From a virus (lineage: Duplodnaviria; Heunggongvirae; Uroviricota; Caudoviricetes), in IMG/VR virus record IMGVR_UViG_3300020050_006655: a stretch of 64,000 nucleotides of DNA; one strand, written 5' to 3'. This document shows positions 1-10,698 of the stretch, piece by piece. The notes beneath the pieces are model-generated. The model was given only the letters and a program-made list of their open reading frames with translations, was not told the DNA's origin and ran no database searches. The translations under genes and the position numbers were made by a program. Each line of letters starts with the position of its first letter. Position 1 is the stretch's first letter.

Positions 1-151
1 CAGAAACAGTGCCATTTATATTATAAATTCTTAGTGTGGTGTAGGAAGTAGTTAATAATCAATAAGTTAGGTGAAAATAGAACGTGTAATTTAATATTAC
101 ACAGTCTAATTCAACCTAATCAGTTAATAATCAATCAGATATAAAAGTACA

Positions 152-649
152 GTGAAAAAGACAGACAAAGAAATGCTGAATAACAGCAAAAGTCCATTCA
201 TACACTGGTTAGAAATACCAGTTAGAATGTTTAAGAAGAAGCATCAAATTGCATCTTCTACAGATAAGAATATAGTACACAGGTTTGAGGTAAATACAAC
301 TGTTCAATCCATAGTAATGGAACAGTTACCAATAACCAAAGTATTTACAACGTTTGAATACAGAGAGATGATAGCCATGTTGAGTAAGGACGCAAAGTGT
401 CTTATGCTATGGTTACTGTATGAAATAACGCCGGGTCAAGATTGGTTCCAGTTAAACCGTAAAAGATATGTTGATGAAACACGATTGTCTTATGTTGAAT
501 TAAGTCGTGCTGTTTTACATTTAACCAACGCTGGTGTAATTAGCCCAACGACCGTAAAGAATTGTTATTGGTTTAATCCAATGTTCTTCTTTGCTGGTGA
601 TAGGATAAGTAAATATCCTGATAACCTTGTTGGAGATAATCAGATATGA
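152..649 (+). CDS. hypothetical protein (165 aa)
   Basis: Long ORF on the coding strand of the region. No recognisable motif. Confidence 0.4.
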   Translation: MKKTDKEMLNNSKSPFIHWLEIPVRMFKKKHQIASSTDKNIVHRFEVNTTVQSIVMEQLPITKVFTTFEYREMIAMLSKDAKCLMLWLLYEITPGQDWFQLNRKRYVDETRLSYVELSRAVLHLTNAGVISPTTVKNCYWFNPMFFFAGDRISKYPDNLVGDNQI

Positions 650-746
650 TAGGAAAATTAGTGTAACTTTCATCATCAATCTTTTCTCTCTTTCCAAATC
701 ACAAATTTATCCTGCTAAATACAGGATTACTAAATAATAAAACAAC

Positions 747-920
747 ATGCCCAAGTCAACACATTTTCTTGCATCAGACGGTAATGAAATCTGGTTTGTT
801 ATTCCAATCGAACTAAAAGAACAATGGACTAATGAAACATTCATGTCACCAAAAGATTGGGAAAAATATATGCAATTCCAACAAGATATTGAACATCTTG
901 AAATCACCATTAACAAATAA
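747..920 (+). CDS. small hypothetical protein (57 aa, MPKSTHFLASDGNEIWFVIPIELKEQW...)
   Basis: Found by manual translation. It lies co-directionally in the gap between flanking + genes and is a better candidate than the antisense 707..988 ORF. Confidence 0.25.
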   Translation: MPKSTHFLASDGNEIWFVIPIELKEQWTNETFMSPKDWEKYMQFQQDIEHLEITINK

Positions 921-1017
921 CATATAGTTATTCTACCCATTTGTATAATGCAGAAGATATTTACATCACAGAATAACAATTCATACAAAATTATGGACTA
1001 TACAAAACTCAACAACA

Positions 1018-1236
1018 ATGAAAAAAATAAAAGTTTATTTCAGTCAATTATATGATGAACAACGTCAAAATGCTTTAATGCAAATGGTTGCGTTTGAAAA
1101 CGAAGGTAAGCAAAAAGAAGATATGATAGGTGTAATATACCTTGAATTTCGCTTTTCAGATGAAAATCCTGATGCTTATTACGAATTCTGGATCAATGAA
1201 AATGATACGGAAAACGTAGAAGTAAAAAAGAAATAA
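1018..1236 (+). CDS. small hypothetical protein (72 aa)
   Basis: ORF on the + strand with a clean start. Acidic and Glu-rich. Confidence 0.35.
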   Translation: MKKIKVYFSQLYDEQRQNALMQMVAFENEGKQKEDMIGVIYLEFRFSDENPDAYYEFWINENDTENVEVKKK

Positions 1237-1745
1237 GAAACTACTTCAACAAACCCAACCTAATAGAATCCCTCGAAAGATTCTTAGGTCTGGTAGTTCG
1301 GATGACAAACTCGTCTAAAGACGTAGGTTGGTGTTTGTTGATTTTAAGATATAGAGATACAGGTAGGTTGGTAATCAATCCAAATATCTGGAAGTAGGTG
1401 TGCAAATAATTCCTGTTATCTCTTAAATAATACACATGAAAATCGGCCATTGGCTCCCTTTATAATTGTACATGAGGGTATAAAGAAAACGCAGCAATTA
1501 AAGTAAAAAACTCAATCCCTTTTCAAGATATTGAGAACACCAGTTTCTTTGATAGATAAAACAGAAATCCAATGATATAATATTGCACTAATTTCATTTA
1601 GTGTTATCAATATTATATACAACGGTCATTGTATAATCTATCAAAGTTTTAGGTGTAAAATACGGTTCTATTAAATTCTTACCTGAAAGAATTTGCTCGT
1701 ATGTTTATCGAGAACTATAAACAATAATATTCATAACTATACACA

Positions 1746-2126
1746 ATGAATATCGAACAAACAAAAATCGTTCTTGTGCCTGAAACAGGTTACAAGCGTA
1801 CCATCACACTCAAACTTATCAAAGCGGAAATGTGTGAGGGTAAATGGATGATTAGACACAAAGGATTTGTATCCCACATTGTTAAACATAAACAAGCACG
1901 TTTTGCAATTATCATCACGGATGTAAACGGCTTGCCAGCCAGAGAAATAAAATACCAATTTCACATACACGAATCTCGTGGTGAGATACTGAAAGATTAC
2001 AATGATGTTGTCGCTTATTATAAAGCAATGGCATTTAAAGAACAAAATCCGGGACCAAAACCTTTAAATGGAGTAGAATACAACGGTCTAAAATACGAAT
2101 GGCCAACTCATCCTTGGGATAAATAA
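1746..2126 (+). CDS. hypothetical protein (126 aa)
   Basis: ORF. The next gene starts 8 nt downstream, which suggests an operon. Confidence 0.45.
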   Translation: MNIEQTKIVLVPETGYKRTITLKLIKAEMCEGKWMIRHKGFVSHIVKHKQARFAIIITDVNGLPAREIKYQFHIHESRGEILKDYNDVVAYYKAMAFKEQNPGPKPLNGVEYNGLKYEWPTHPWDK

Positions 2127-2134
2127 GCAATACT

Positions 2135-2419
2135 ATGCACAAAATAACATTCAATGTATCTGGCACAAATACTGCTGCTTTTTTAGAGGTTCTTCTCAAA
2201 GGACATCCGGCAGTTAGTAATGTTACAACAGAAGAAATGACAGGTACTCCATTTAGTACTCAATTGATTAATATTGTTGATCGTAACTTTCGTTTTTCGG
2301 CTGGTTACTTTGCCGAATGGCTTCGAGTAAATAATATAAAATCAATCGAAGAAGCAATTGAAAAAACTAGAATTGTTGGTATGGCTGAATTTCTTCAAAA
2401 GGCTTTAAAATATACTTAA
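2135..2419 (+). CDS. hypothetical protein (94 aa)
   Basis: ORF tightly packed after 1746..2126. Confidence 0.45.
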   Translation: MHKITFNVSGTNTAAFLEVLLKGHPAVSNVTTEEMTGTPFSTQLINIVDRNFRFSAGYFAEWLRVNNIKSIEEAIEKTRIVGMAEFLQKALKYT

Positions 2420-2883
2420 ATAATAATACAATAGGATCTACGACTATTGTATTTGCATCCTTTTTTTGCATCCTTAGTAGATATAGATTTTCCATAGATC
2501 ACAGTGGAAAACAGAAACATGGTGATTATCCCAAGCAGTGAACCTGCTGACAAAGTTCAAACCTTTTGCTCGTAAGTGTTAGTAATAACACCAGAGCATC
2601 AAAGGTGTCTCTGTTGTCGGGACATAAACTGCTTGGGTATTTTTTAAATCTTTTAAAATCACAAATATGCACTTTTGTATTTTTAAATCAGGACAATTCA
2701 ACGGGATATTCTTAATTCTAAATACAAAGAGTATTCAATTCACTATTGTAAGATATAAACTCAAAATCAGATTATACGATAAACCCAATACCAATATTCT
2801 AATAGATAGAGGTTATAAGTGGGTTGTTGGTATTACACCTAATTTTATAGGTATTGCTTTTTAAATCTTTTAAATAAAATAAT

Positions 2884-3237
2884 ATGACTACCTATCAAGA
2901 AAACAATGTCGAAACATCTGCTGGTAGATGTACAATTTTATTCAGATGTTACTGGTGTACCAAGTCCTTGAATTTCTTAGCACAGGTATTCTGCACCTCG
3001 AAGGCAGATATACCAGATATTTGGTCATTCAGTAAAACTGGCAGCAACATCACAGCAGAGCATCCACAGGGTGTTCAATATGCCTGGAAAAAACTGTTGA
3101 AAGAAACGGAAAACACCAAAAACACAATTGGCTTTGCCAATGAAATGAACAATGGACATCCAATGTGTACCTATGCAAAATCTTGGTTTGACAATGTATA
3201 TGGTGTGGACAATAGAGAAAACAAGGTACTCGCTTAG
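2884..3237 (+). CDS. hypothetical protein (117 aa)
   Basis: ORF with no known motif. Confidence 0.35.
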   Translation: MTTYQENNVETSAGRCTILFRCYWCTKSLNFLAQVFCTSKADIPDIWSFSKTGSNITAEHPQGVQYAWKKLLKETENTKNTIGFANEMNNGHPMCTYAKSWFDNVYGVDNRENKVLA

Positions 3238-3636
3238 GGTAAATCGGTTAAGGGTTTAGGCCAATGCTTTCCCCGCAAGTGGTAAGGTCATGTTTAGATC
3301 ACCAGCCTTGTGACAAACCTGTGGGGCAAATAGATAAAAGTAAATAAGAGGACGGATATACGTGGTATGGGACGTAGCCAGAAATTCTTATTTAAATTAT
3401 AGATCATCAAAACATACCGATTGATGCTATAATATCTATATTGTGCGGACTTAAAAATCAGGTAGTGGTACAGCCTTAATCTGTATAAGTCTTTAATGTG
3501 AATAATATACCTTGCACGAAAGATTTACAAGAGAATAGCAAATATCTTGTTCCAGCCATGGGTAAAATGGAAGTCGTTTTTCATAAAAATTAAATATGTG
3601 CTACTTTGTTGTAAGATAAAGTAGCATTATTAAATT

Positions 3637-3720
3637 GCTTCCTTGTTGTAATTGGTAGCCAAGCCAGATTTAGGATCTGGTGTTCGTAAGAACGTAAGAG
3701 TTCGAGTCTCTTAGGAAGTA
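3637..3720 (+). tRNA. tRNA-Leu (anticodon TAG), class II with long variable arm
   Basis: Hand-folded cloverleaf. Acceptor gcttcct/aggaagt, 3-bp D stem, anticodon stem ccaga/tctgg with loop tttagga. Variable-arm hairpin gttcg-taa-gaacg. T arm aagag-ttcgagt-ctctt. Confidence 0.7.
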
Positions 3721-3881
3721 CAAATCAATAAGTAATACCTTGTACGGTTAATCTCAAACATCGTTATTAATAGATGTTAAACTACCCGTTATGATTGAAT
3801 TAACCAACACAGGGAGAATGTTGGTAGGTAGATTTGAGAGAAAGGTGCCCAATTCCTTTCGTTACTTGTTGATTTTTAAAT

Positions 3882-3952
3882 TGATTCATGGTGTAATGGT
3901 AGCACGGCGGATTTTGGTTCCGTTGGTTGTAGTTCGAGTCTATGTGAATCAA
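3882..3952 (+). tRNA. tRNA-Gln (anticodon TTG)
   Basis: Acceptor tgattca/tgaatca. D arm gtgt-aatggta-gcac. Anticodon stem gcgga/tccgt with loop ttttggt. T loop ttcgagt. The T stem has two G-U pairs. Confidence 0.6.
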
Positions 3953-4262
3953 CTGCTAAAAATGCCCACTTGAACTGGGCAATGGTAACGTCATTATTGA
4001 CGTTTTTTGGTATTGCTTTTTTCATAAAAATTATTGTCATTTTCTGTTGTAAAATAGGAAATGATTTTTCTAAACTAAACGGGTTCACGTCCCATCTGGA
4101 GTACAAACAAAAATCAATACAATGATTATATCTATATTACTAAACTGTTTTTTCTTAGCAATATTAAAATATGAAGATGAACTAGAAATACCATTTAATC
4201 AAAAATGGTTTATAGTTTTAGTTGTACTTACATGTTGTTACATAATTACAATACTATAAAAA

Positions 4263-4574
4263 ATGCAAATAACATCAGTAGAATACAAACGCAGGACAAG
4301 AGAAAGACTAAGAGTTTTTCTTCATCAACTATCTAACGAAACAGATTTTTCAGTTGAAGAATTATTAGAAGGGATAAACAACCCTTTATCAGAATTGGTA
4401 CAATTGGCTTTACACCTAATCAAACCAGAAGATTCTCACAGAAAAATAGCAAGAATTGTTGTAACTCTTTGTGAGGGTAGGGGTGAAGATAAATTACAGA
4501 TGGTAAAAATTGTCAAAGAGATAACTCAACTAGGTCTTAAAGAATGTAAAGACTTAGTTGATTCAATGTATTAA
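4263..4574 (+). CDS. hypothetical protein (103 aa)
   Basis: ORF. Confidence 0.4.
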   Translation: MQITSVEYKRRTRERLRVFLHQLSNETDFSVEELLEGINNPLSELVQLALHLIKPEDSHRKIARIVVTLCEGRGEDKLQMVKIVKEITQLGLKECKDLVDSMY

Positions 4575-4827
4575 CAATAATGAACAATCCATTTAACAAA
4601 GATCAGTCCAACCCTGATGGTAAAATTACCGGATGGGATTGGTTCCTATCAGCATTCATTTGGATAGGGATAGGAATATTCATCTACACAGTGATTTGTG
4701 TACTATAAAAATATAACAATAATACTAGTATCGTTAAGTCGATAGTAATCCTAATAACTATACCGTTGATCTGGTATGTACGCGAAAAGATTATTCAATG
4801 CTGATAGCAATGTGTTATTGTTTAAAT

Positions 4828-4900
4828 GTGATCGTAGCTCAATTGGTAGAGTTCCCGGCTTTTAACCGGGAGGTTGTTGGTTCGAGTCCGGCCGATCACA
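4828..4900 (+). tRNA. tRNA-Lys (anticodon TTT)
   Basis: Acceptor gtgatcg/cgatcac. D arm gctc-aattggta-gagt. Anticodon stem cccgg/ccggg with loop cttttaa. T loop ttcgagt. Confidence 0.7.
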
Positions 4901-4912
4901 CAATTAATTATT

Positions 4913-5482
4913 ATGAACAATTATTTTATCACCGACCGTAACATTAAAGACTTGACGATAGTCGTTAGTGTAGGAGGTGCCGCAACATCTAAGGATGTTG
5001 TGAGTTCTTATCGTCCATTCGACGCATTTAATCAAATAGACTCAAAAGGGCAAAAGTATGTTATTGGTCTACATACTTTAATGTTACCAACTGTTTCAAA
5101 CAAGAAATTGGATGGAATCTTGTATCGCCAAACAGCCAAGAAAATTGATCGGACACCTGAATATCCTGTTTGGGCCGATCCTCGTGACTTTGCGATAAAG
5201 CAACACAGGAATAAAAATCCACAGGCATTTTGCAACAAATCTACCCAATTCATTCTTCGGAATATTGGAGCAGAAATCAGTTACAGTACAGCCAAAGAAG
5301 TTCTTGGTAATCCAACGAGGAAAGGCAAGTTCCTTGTATGGCCTACAGCATCTTTTGAGCAAGAGGTTGTTATGACAGCCATTGACCAATGCCATGACCG
5401 TTGTAATGGAGCAATCTACAATGGTGTCATTACAATTGGCCATCAACAGATCAAGATTGCAGACTATCTCAAGAAAATGTAA
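4913..5482 (+). CDS. hypothetical protein (~189 aa; start moved to second Met)
   Basis: The ORF-track start at 4874 lies inside tRNA-Lys. The Met at 4913 (MNNYFITDRN...) sits just after the tRNA 3' end. Confidence 0.4.
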   Translation: MNNYFITDRNIKDLTIVVSVGGAATSKDVVSSYRPFDAFNQIDSKGQKYVIGLHTLMLPTVSNKKLDGILYRQTAKKIDRTPEYPVWADPRDFAIKQHRNKNPQAFCNKSTQFILRNIGAEISYSTAKEVLGNPTRKGKFLVWPTASFEQEVVMTAIDQCHDRCNGAIYNGVITIGHQQIKIADYLKKM

Positions 5483-5572
5483 TAGCAAGTGGTAAATCAT
5501 CCACGGGTCGAAGACTAAATCCCTACGTAATGTACAGGGGCTGTTACAAAACTAACGGTTAATCTTTAATTT

Positions 5573-5624
5573 GCAAAACCATGTACGTTGACCGTGTACA
5601 ATATGGTTTTGCTTTATTTTTATT
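5573..5624 (+). terminator. putative rho-independent terminator
   Basis: Hairpin of about 10 bp, gcaaaaccat...atggttttgc, followed by tttatttttatt. Confidence 0.4.
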
Positions 5625-5627
5625 ACA

Positions 5628-5891
5628 ATGAAATACAAGAAAATTATCCGTCCAGATACGGATGCTGTACAATCACATACTACCATTCGTGGTATGAAAT
5701 TGGCCATGCGCCAAGGTAAAGTGAAAGAAGGGGTTTTCCATTGTTATTGTCCAAATGGTAACATACATACTTGGGAAATCAAACAGTCCGGTACTCATAC
5801 GTGTGCTGGTTCTACTGGAACTAAGGGTAAGATAGGTAAAGGTGTAACAGTAACAAACTATGCTGCAAAATTTATACCAAAAGTAAAATAG
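5628..5891 (+). CDS. small Cys/Gly-rich hypothetical protein (87 aa)
   Basis: ORF. Its stop is adjacent to the start of the next gene. Confidence 0.35.
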   Translation: MKYKKIIRPDTDAVQSHTTIRGMKLAMRQGKVKEGVFHCYCPNGNIHTWEIKQSGTHTCAGSTGTKGKIGKGVTVTNYAAKFIPKVK

Positions 5892-5892
5892 T

Positions 5893-7923
5893 ATGTTTAT
5901 AGAACTTAAAAGTAAAATACAAACTAGATTTGCTCTTATGATAGAGAGCAATCCAGTTTTATTTGATGTAAGACCAGATAAAGACCATATTTGGGAACTT
6001 TATCTAAACAGTTTTCCAGAAGGAGAAATCCGACAAGGAAACAATTGTAATTGCTGCAAGTCCTTTTTACGCCAATGGGCAGGAATTGTAACAATAAAAG
6101 ACAACAAACTCTTATCAATTTGGGACATTGAAGATGTGCCAGAGGAATATAAAGAGGCTGTTAGAGCAATACGCCAGTACATCCATCTCCTAAAGATTGA
6201 AGATGTATTTATGAACAGTTTTCCAAGGCTTGGGACAGATCAAAACAAACAAATACTTGAAAGTGGATCTGTAATTACATGGAACCATTTTTACTTGTAT
6301 CTACCAAAGAATTATGTTCATACTGGTTCTGCAAGCATTGAATCAATTCAAGGTGAAAAGCGAGATAACAAAGATGTTTTAAAACGTTCATTGAACGAAC
6401 TAAGACAAGATGTGACAGAAACTGTTCTGGAGCTGATTACTCAAGGTAGTTTGTATCGTGGTAATGAATTCAAACCCACTCTTGAAAAGTTTCTAAAACT
6501 TCAAAAAGAATATGTTTTGATTACAGACAACCGTCAGAAAGATAATTTCTGTTGGTCACAATCTGTAGTTCCCGGTACTCCTTGTAGGATTAGAAATAGT
6601 GCCATTGGTACTCTTTTGATTAATTTATCAGAAGGAATGGAGTTAGACCATGCTGTTCGGGCATATGAATCAGTTGTCGCACCAAGTAACTATCAACGTA
6701 CAACAGCACTGGTTACACCAAAAATGCGTGAAGATGCTAAAAGAAAAATAGCAGTGAATGGTTATGGTGATTCATTATTCCGTCGCTTTGCTATTCCAAC
6801 CGATTTAGACGTAAACAATCTTTTGTTCACAAGTCAACAAGAAGTTGCAACATCTACAGATCCTTTTGCCGAATTAGCAAAGAATGATATAATTGATCCA
6901 AAGAAATTTGGGAAAGTTGAGGAAGTACATATTGATGATTTCATCAAGAACATTCTTCCAACAACTCGATCAATTGAATTGTTTCTTGAAAATCAGCATC
7001 TACCTAACTTCTGTTCGTTGATTGCTCCACAAGTATCTACCGCAAAGAATATGTTCAAATGGAACAATCAGTTCACATGGGCATATACTGGTGGAATTAC
7101 AGACTCTATGAAAGAAAGGGTTAAGGCTGCTGGTGGTAAAGTAGACGGTGTTCTTAGATTTTCAATACAATGGAATGAGAACAAAGAATCACCCAATGTG
7201 GATTTTGATGCTCATGCTATTGAAGAAGGCGGAGATCACATTTATTTCAGTTCTTCTTTTAGAAAAGATAGAGGTTCTATTAAAAGTAAAATGTCAGGTC
7301 AACTTGATGTTGACATGATTAATCCTGTTGGAGTAGGTGTAGAAAACATTGTGTGGACTGATTTATCTAAGATGAAGAACTCCATAATATTATCTATAAA
7401 AAACTATGGAGAAAGAATCAATAAAGGTTTCAAAGCCCAAGTTGAATTTGAAGGTAAGATCTATGACTTTTCCAGTAACGGTAAAGCAATGGGTATGACT
7501 CAAGTAGCCAAAGTTATTGTCAACCCAGATAAAACATTTACTCTTGTTCCTACATTAGATCCTTCAATGAGTAAAGTGGTATCAAAAGAAAAGTATGGAC
7601 TTAAAACAAATCAATTCCATAAAGTAAACTATATGATGCTGTCACCTAACTTCTGGAACGACCAGAAAATTGGTAATAAGCATTTCATGTTTATGATTGA
7701 TAATTGTATTGCTGATGAATCTGTACGACCATTCTTTCCAGAATATCTAAACGGAGAATTATATGAAGATCGTAAAGTATTTGATCTTCTTGGCGATGTG
7801 CTTAAAGTAGAGCCAAATCTAAATCAACTAAGCGGTTTAGGATTTTCTGATACACAACGCAATAGTATTACAATTAGAGTCAAATCTAATCTACTACAAA
7901 GACTGCTTAAAATTAACTTTTGA
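5893..7923 (+). CDS. large hypothetical protein (676 aa)
   Basis: Long uninterrupted ORF. I recognised no catalytic motif. Confidence 0.55.
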   Translation: MFIELKSKIQTRFALMIESNPVLFDVRPDKDHIWELYLNSFPEGEIRQGNNCNCCKSFLRQWAGIVTIKDNKLLSIWDIEDVPEEYKEAVRAIRQYIHLLKIEDVFMNSFPRLGTDQNKQILESGSVITWNHFYLYLPKNYVHTGSASIESIQGEKRDNKDVLKRSLNELRQDVTETVLELITQGSLYRGNEFKPTLEKFLKLQKEYVLITDNRQKDNFCWSQSVVPGTPCRIRNSAIGTLLINLSEGMELDHAVRAYESVVAPSNYQRTTALVTPKMREDAKRKIAVNGYGDSLFRRFAIPTDLDVNNLLFTSQQEVATSTDPFAELAKNDIIDPKKFGKVEEVHIDDFIKNILPTTRSIELFLENQHLPNFCSLIAPQVSTAKNMFKWNNQFTWAYTGGITDSMKERVKAAGGKVDGVLRFSIQWNENKESPNVDFDAHAIEEGGDHIYFSSSFRKDRGSIKSKMSGQLDVDMINPVGVGVENIVWTDLSKMKNSIILSIKNYGERINKGFKAQVEFEGKIYDFSSNGKAMGMTQVAKVIVNPDKTFTLVPTLDPSMSKVVSKEKYGLKTNQFHKVNYMMLSPNFWNDQKIGNKHFMFMIDNCIADESVRPFFPEYLNGELYEDRKVFDLLGDVLKVEPNLNQLSGLGFSDTQRNSITIRVKSNLLQRLLKINF

Positions 7924-7924
7924 T

Positions 7925-8329
7925 ATGTCAAACGAACTATTTATCCTTGCGTCTCGCAAGAAGTACCGTTTTCCATGTGTCCTTGGTAACTTAACTACAG
8001 AACAACTATGGGAACTTCCACTCACATCAGAACGTGCTGGTGTAGCAACACTCGACAATGTAGCAAAATCTATTAACGCAGAAGCAAAAAACGCAAAAGA
8101 GGAATCTTTTGTTGTTATTAAATCTTCTGCTGCAACAGAATTGGAAAACAAACTCGAAATTGTTAAGCATATCATCAGTGTAAAACTTGCTGAACTGGAA
8201 ACAGCAAAACAAAAAAGAATCCGTGAAGATCAACGTGCTTTGGCCAAAGAAATTCTGGCGAATAAGCAAATTGAAAAAATGCAAGGTATGAGTGAAGAAG
8301 AACTTCTTCGTCTTGCAAATGGAGAGTAA
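7925..8329 (+). CDS. coiled-coil hypothetical protein (134 aa)
   Basis: ORF starting 2 nt after the previous stop. Lys/Glu-rich helical sequence. Confidence 0.4.
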   Translation: MSNELFILASRKKYRFPCVLGNLTTEQLWELPLTSERAGVATLDNVAKSINAEAKNAKEESFVVIKSSAATELENKLEIVKHIISVKLAELETAKQKRIREDQRALAKEILANKQIEKMQGMSEEELLRLANGE

Positions 8330-8880
8330 GAAGTTATGGTATGGTGACAGTAACCATCCTATTGGTAACTGTGACAGTAGGGAAAGACCTACCCGATATT
8401 GGCTCGAAAGAGATCATGTAAGTCCTTAAATGGAATAAGATTGAGTTAGTAGAATTGTATGGTTGAAAATGAGAACCTTTGGTTACATTTCAATTGCTTG
8501 TTAAACACAAGTTTGAACAATTAATAACCTTAAACTCAATTGATGGCAGCAGGCTTGGAAGCCAGACAAAACAATGTAAAAAACGCATAATTCATGGTGA
8601 ACAAGCGTTCCAGAAATTATTTGATATTCCATGAATACATTGTTAAGGTCTTTAATATGCGTTTTGTATATCTAAGTGTACACTAAGCCCAAATAAGGGA
8701 TGTGTTTAAATAGTCTAAGGACAGACAGCATACAAGTGATATAAGTACTAAGACAAGTATGTGCTGAGCGCTTATATTTACTGATATACAATCCTAACAA
8801 TTAGATTCAAAGGCCACGAATTTAATTGTATTGTGCGGCCAGAGTAATCTGGTAACTTAAACAAAAATAAATAATAAAAC

Positions 8881-9267
8881 ATGTTCAACCCGATTGATAT
8901 TCGAGAAGTACAAGTTTGTGCGTTTCTTGAGGGTGCTATTGTAGCACTTAAAAAAAATGATCCTGATAATATTGAAGATTTTCCACAATTTAGGGAAAGT
9001 ATTCAGTTAACAGTTAAAAAATACTGGAACCTACCACTATATAGAGACGGACTTATAAACACGTTGAAGAAATTTAGTGTTAATTTTATCTGTTTCAAAT
9101 GTGGTGGAGACATTGAACAAGGACAAGCACTTGATAACACATGGATAGGGTTTAATGATTTCGGTGGTGATGCAGGTCAACCCGGAACAACCATAAGTAA
9201 AATAGGCCCACCCAACTTAATAAACTGCCACAAATGTAAATCTTGTGGTCATTCATTCACCTCTTAA
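8881..9267 (+). CDS. hypothetical protein with C-terminal CxxC...CxxCxxC zinc-ribbon-like motif (128 aa)
   Basis: ORF containing FKCGGD...CHKCKSCGH. Confidence 0.4.
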   Translation: MFNPIDIREVQVCAFLEGAIVALKKNDPDNIEDFPQFRESIQLTVKKYWNLPLYRDGLINTLKKFSVNFICFKCGGDIEQGQALDNTWIGFNDFGGDAGQPGTTISKIGPPNLINCHKCKSCGHSFTS

Positions 9268-9285
9268 ACAAAAAATTTATCAAAC

Positions 9286-9882
9286 ATGATAAGTGGAGGA
9301 CTTTTAATTTTATTTTTATTTTGTGGAATTATTGTTTACAAAAGCAGATACAGAATTCCATTGAACGAAAGACTTGAAAAAGAAGAATTTAACAAAGAAG
9401 TTGATGCTTCTCGAAAGGAATTACCTTCTGTAGAATATCCCTCGTTTAACGAAGCGGTTATGCAAGAATACAAAACTGCTGTTGAAACAGGTGATAATGT
9501 AGTAAAGGAAACGTATGAGGATAAGTATGGGGAAGCAGTAGTTATCACTAAGTCAAATCGGTACAACGTGGATGTGACCATTATTGATAAAAATAATCTA
9601 TTACCTATTCTGATAGGTATGTTGATGTGTTTGTCATCTATTGGTTTTTCACAACGACCGTCTGTTGAAGATTTTAAGGAGGATAAAACACTCATTGATT
9701 TCTATACCTCTGCTTATAAACAAGCACAAAGAGATAGTATAGCAATCTTTGCTTTGATAAATAATCAGAAGCAAGTCTATTGGAAACAAAGACCTGTTTT
9801 TGTATTGGAAACAAAAACCGAGTATATCCTTGTGGTTGCTTGGTGGGATGGAGAAAAGTTCATTTGGAAAGAGATTGAATAA
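9286..9882 (+). CDS. membrane-anchored hypothetical protein (198 aa), paralog of 10912..11526
   Basis: N-terminal transmembrane helix. C-terminal motif QVYWKQRPVFVLE is shared with 10912..11526. Confidence 0.45.
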   Translation: MISGGLLILFLFCGIIVYKSRYRIPLNERLEKEEFNKEVDASRKELPSVEYPSFNEAVMQEYKTAVETGDNVVKETYEDKYGEAVVITKSNRYNVDVTIIDKNNLLPILIGMLMCLSSIGFSQRPSVEDFKEDKTLIDFYTSAYKQAQRDSIAIFALINNQKQVYWKQRPVFVLETKTEYILVVAWWDGEKFIWKEIE

Positions 9883-10317
9883 TTGCACATGTTATCATTG
9901 GAACATTGTGCTTCGGGGTTTGAACAACTTGAATTGTCTCAAACCCTGCGGATAGGCTAAACATTAATCCTTGTAGAAATACTAAAGATATTAATCCTGA
10001 ATTGACAGGATGTTAAATCATAGGAAGCGGCGACTCGACCGAGGCTTTAAAAATTCTAATCCTAAAATGATGAACGGTGTAAACCTAAACATGTTGTTCC
10101 CTTGAGAAAGGAATAAAGCAATAGATGAATTCATAGCTAATCTATCAACATGAATGAGTTCTCGGCAAATAGTTGATTGGTTAGTACAGTGACTGTTGAA
10201 CAGTGATGTTTAATGTAGAGGTAGCCAATTAACTATGTGACCCTATTTTTACTTTTGAGACTTGGTGCTGTCCGAAAAGCACGACAAGTAAAAAGGGTGC
10301 TAAACAAATTTTAAACA

Positions 10318-10698
10318 ATGATTATTTACACACTATCAGACATAAAAGACCAACTTATAGGTCTTCCAGAATCACCGGAAAGATCAAAGTATGAACTTGA
10401 TCTTTTGATCTGGCAACTAAAACACGGAAAAAGAAAACCAACATCTATAAGTATGGGAATAACTAATAAAGAAGGGTTACAATTGATGAGTAGTCAAGTA
10501 ATCCATCCAGAAGAAATAAATACTCAAGAATTTCCAGAAATGGATGTTCTTGCTGTAAAGATTACTGTTCATATTGATAAACAATTAGCATTTCAGGAAT
10601 TACAAAAGTCTTTTGGTGGAGATGTTATTGAGCATCCAACTAAAAAAGGTTTTGTAATCCTTAACTGGAAAAAACATTATAATACAACTTTTGTATAA
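10318..10698 (+). CDS. hypothetical protein (126 aa)
   Basis: ORF. Confidence 0.4.
   Translation: MIIYTLSDIKDQLIGLPESPERSKYELDLLIWQLKHGKRKPTSISMGITNKEGLQLMSSQVIHPEEINTQEFPEMDVLAVKITVHIDKQLAFQELQKSFGGDVIEHPTKKGFVILNWKKHYNTTFV

Noticed and set aside
707-988. 93-aa minus-strand ORF
   Set aside because: It is antisense to a co-directional 57-aa plus-strand ORF (747..920) in an otherwise entirely plus-strand block, and its Cys/Ile-rich composition looks like an AT-rich shadow ORF.
1737-2045. Minus-strand ORFs antisense to plus-strand genes (for example 1737..2045, 5096..5500, 9336..9695, 21542..21919, 21702..22106, 24088..24414, 30725..31063, 35863..36129)
   Set aside because: These are shadow ORFs inside longer, motif-bearing plus-strand genes. 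Low complexity and no independent start context.
3791-4106. Track ORFs 3791..3973 (+) and 3876..4106 (-)
   Set aside because: They overlap the tRNA-Gln gene at 3882..3952 and the tRNA-rich intergenic region. They are most likely spurious.
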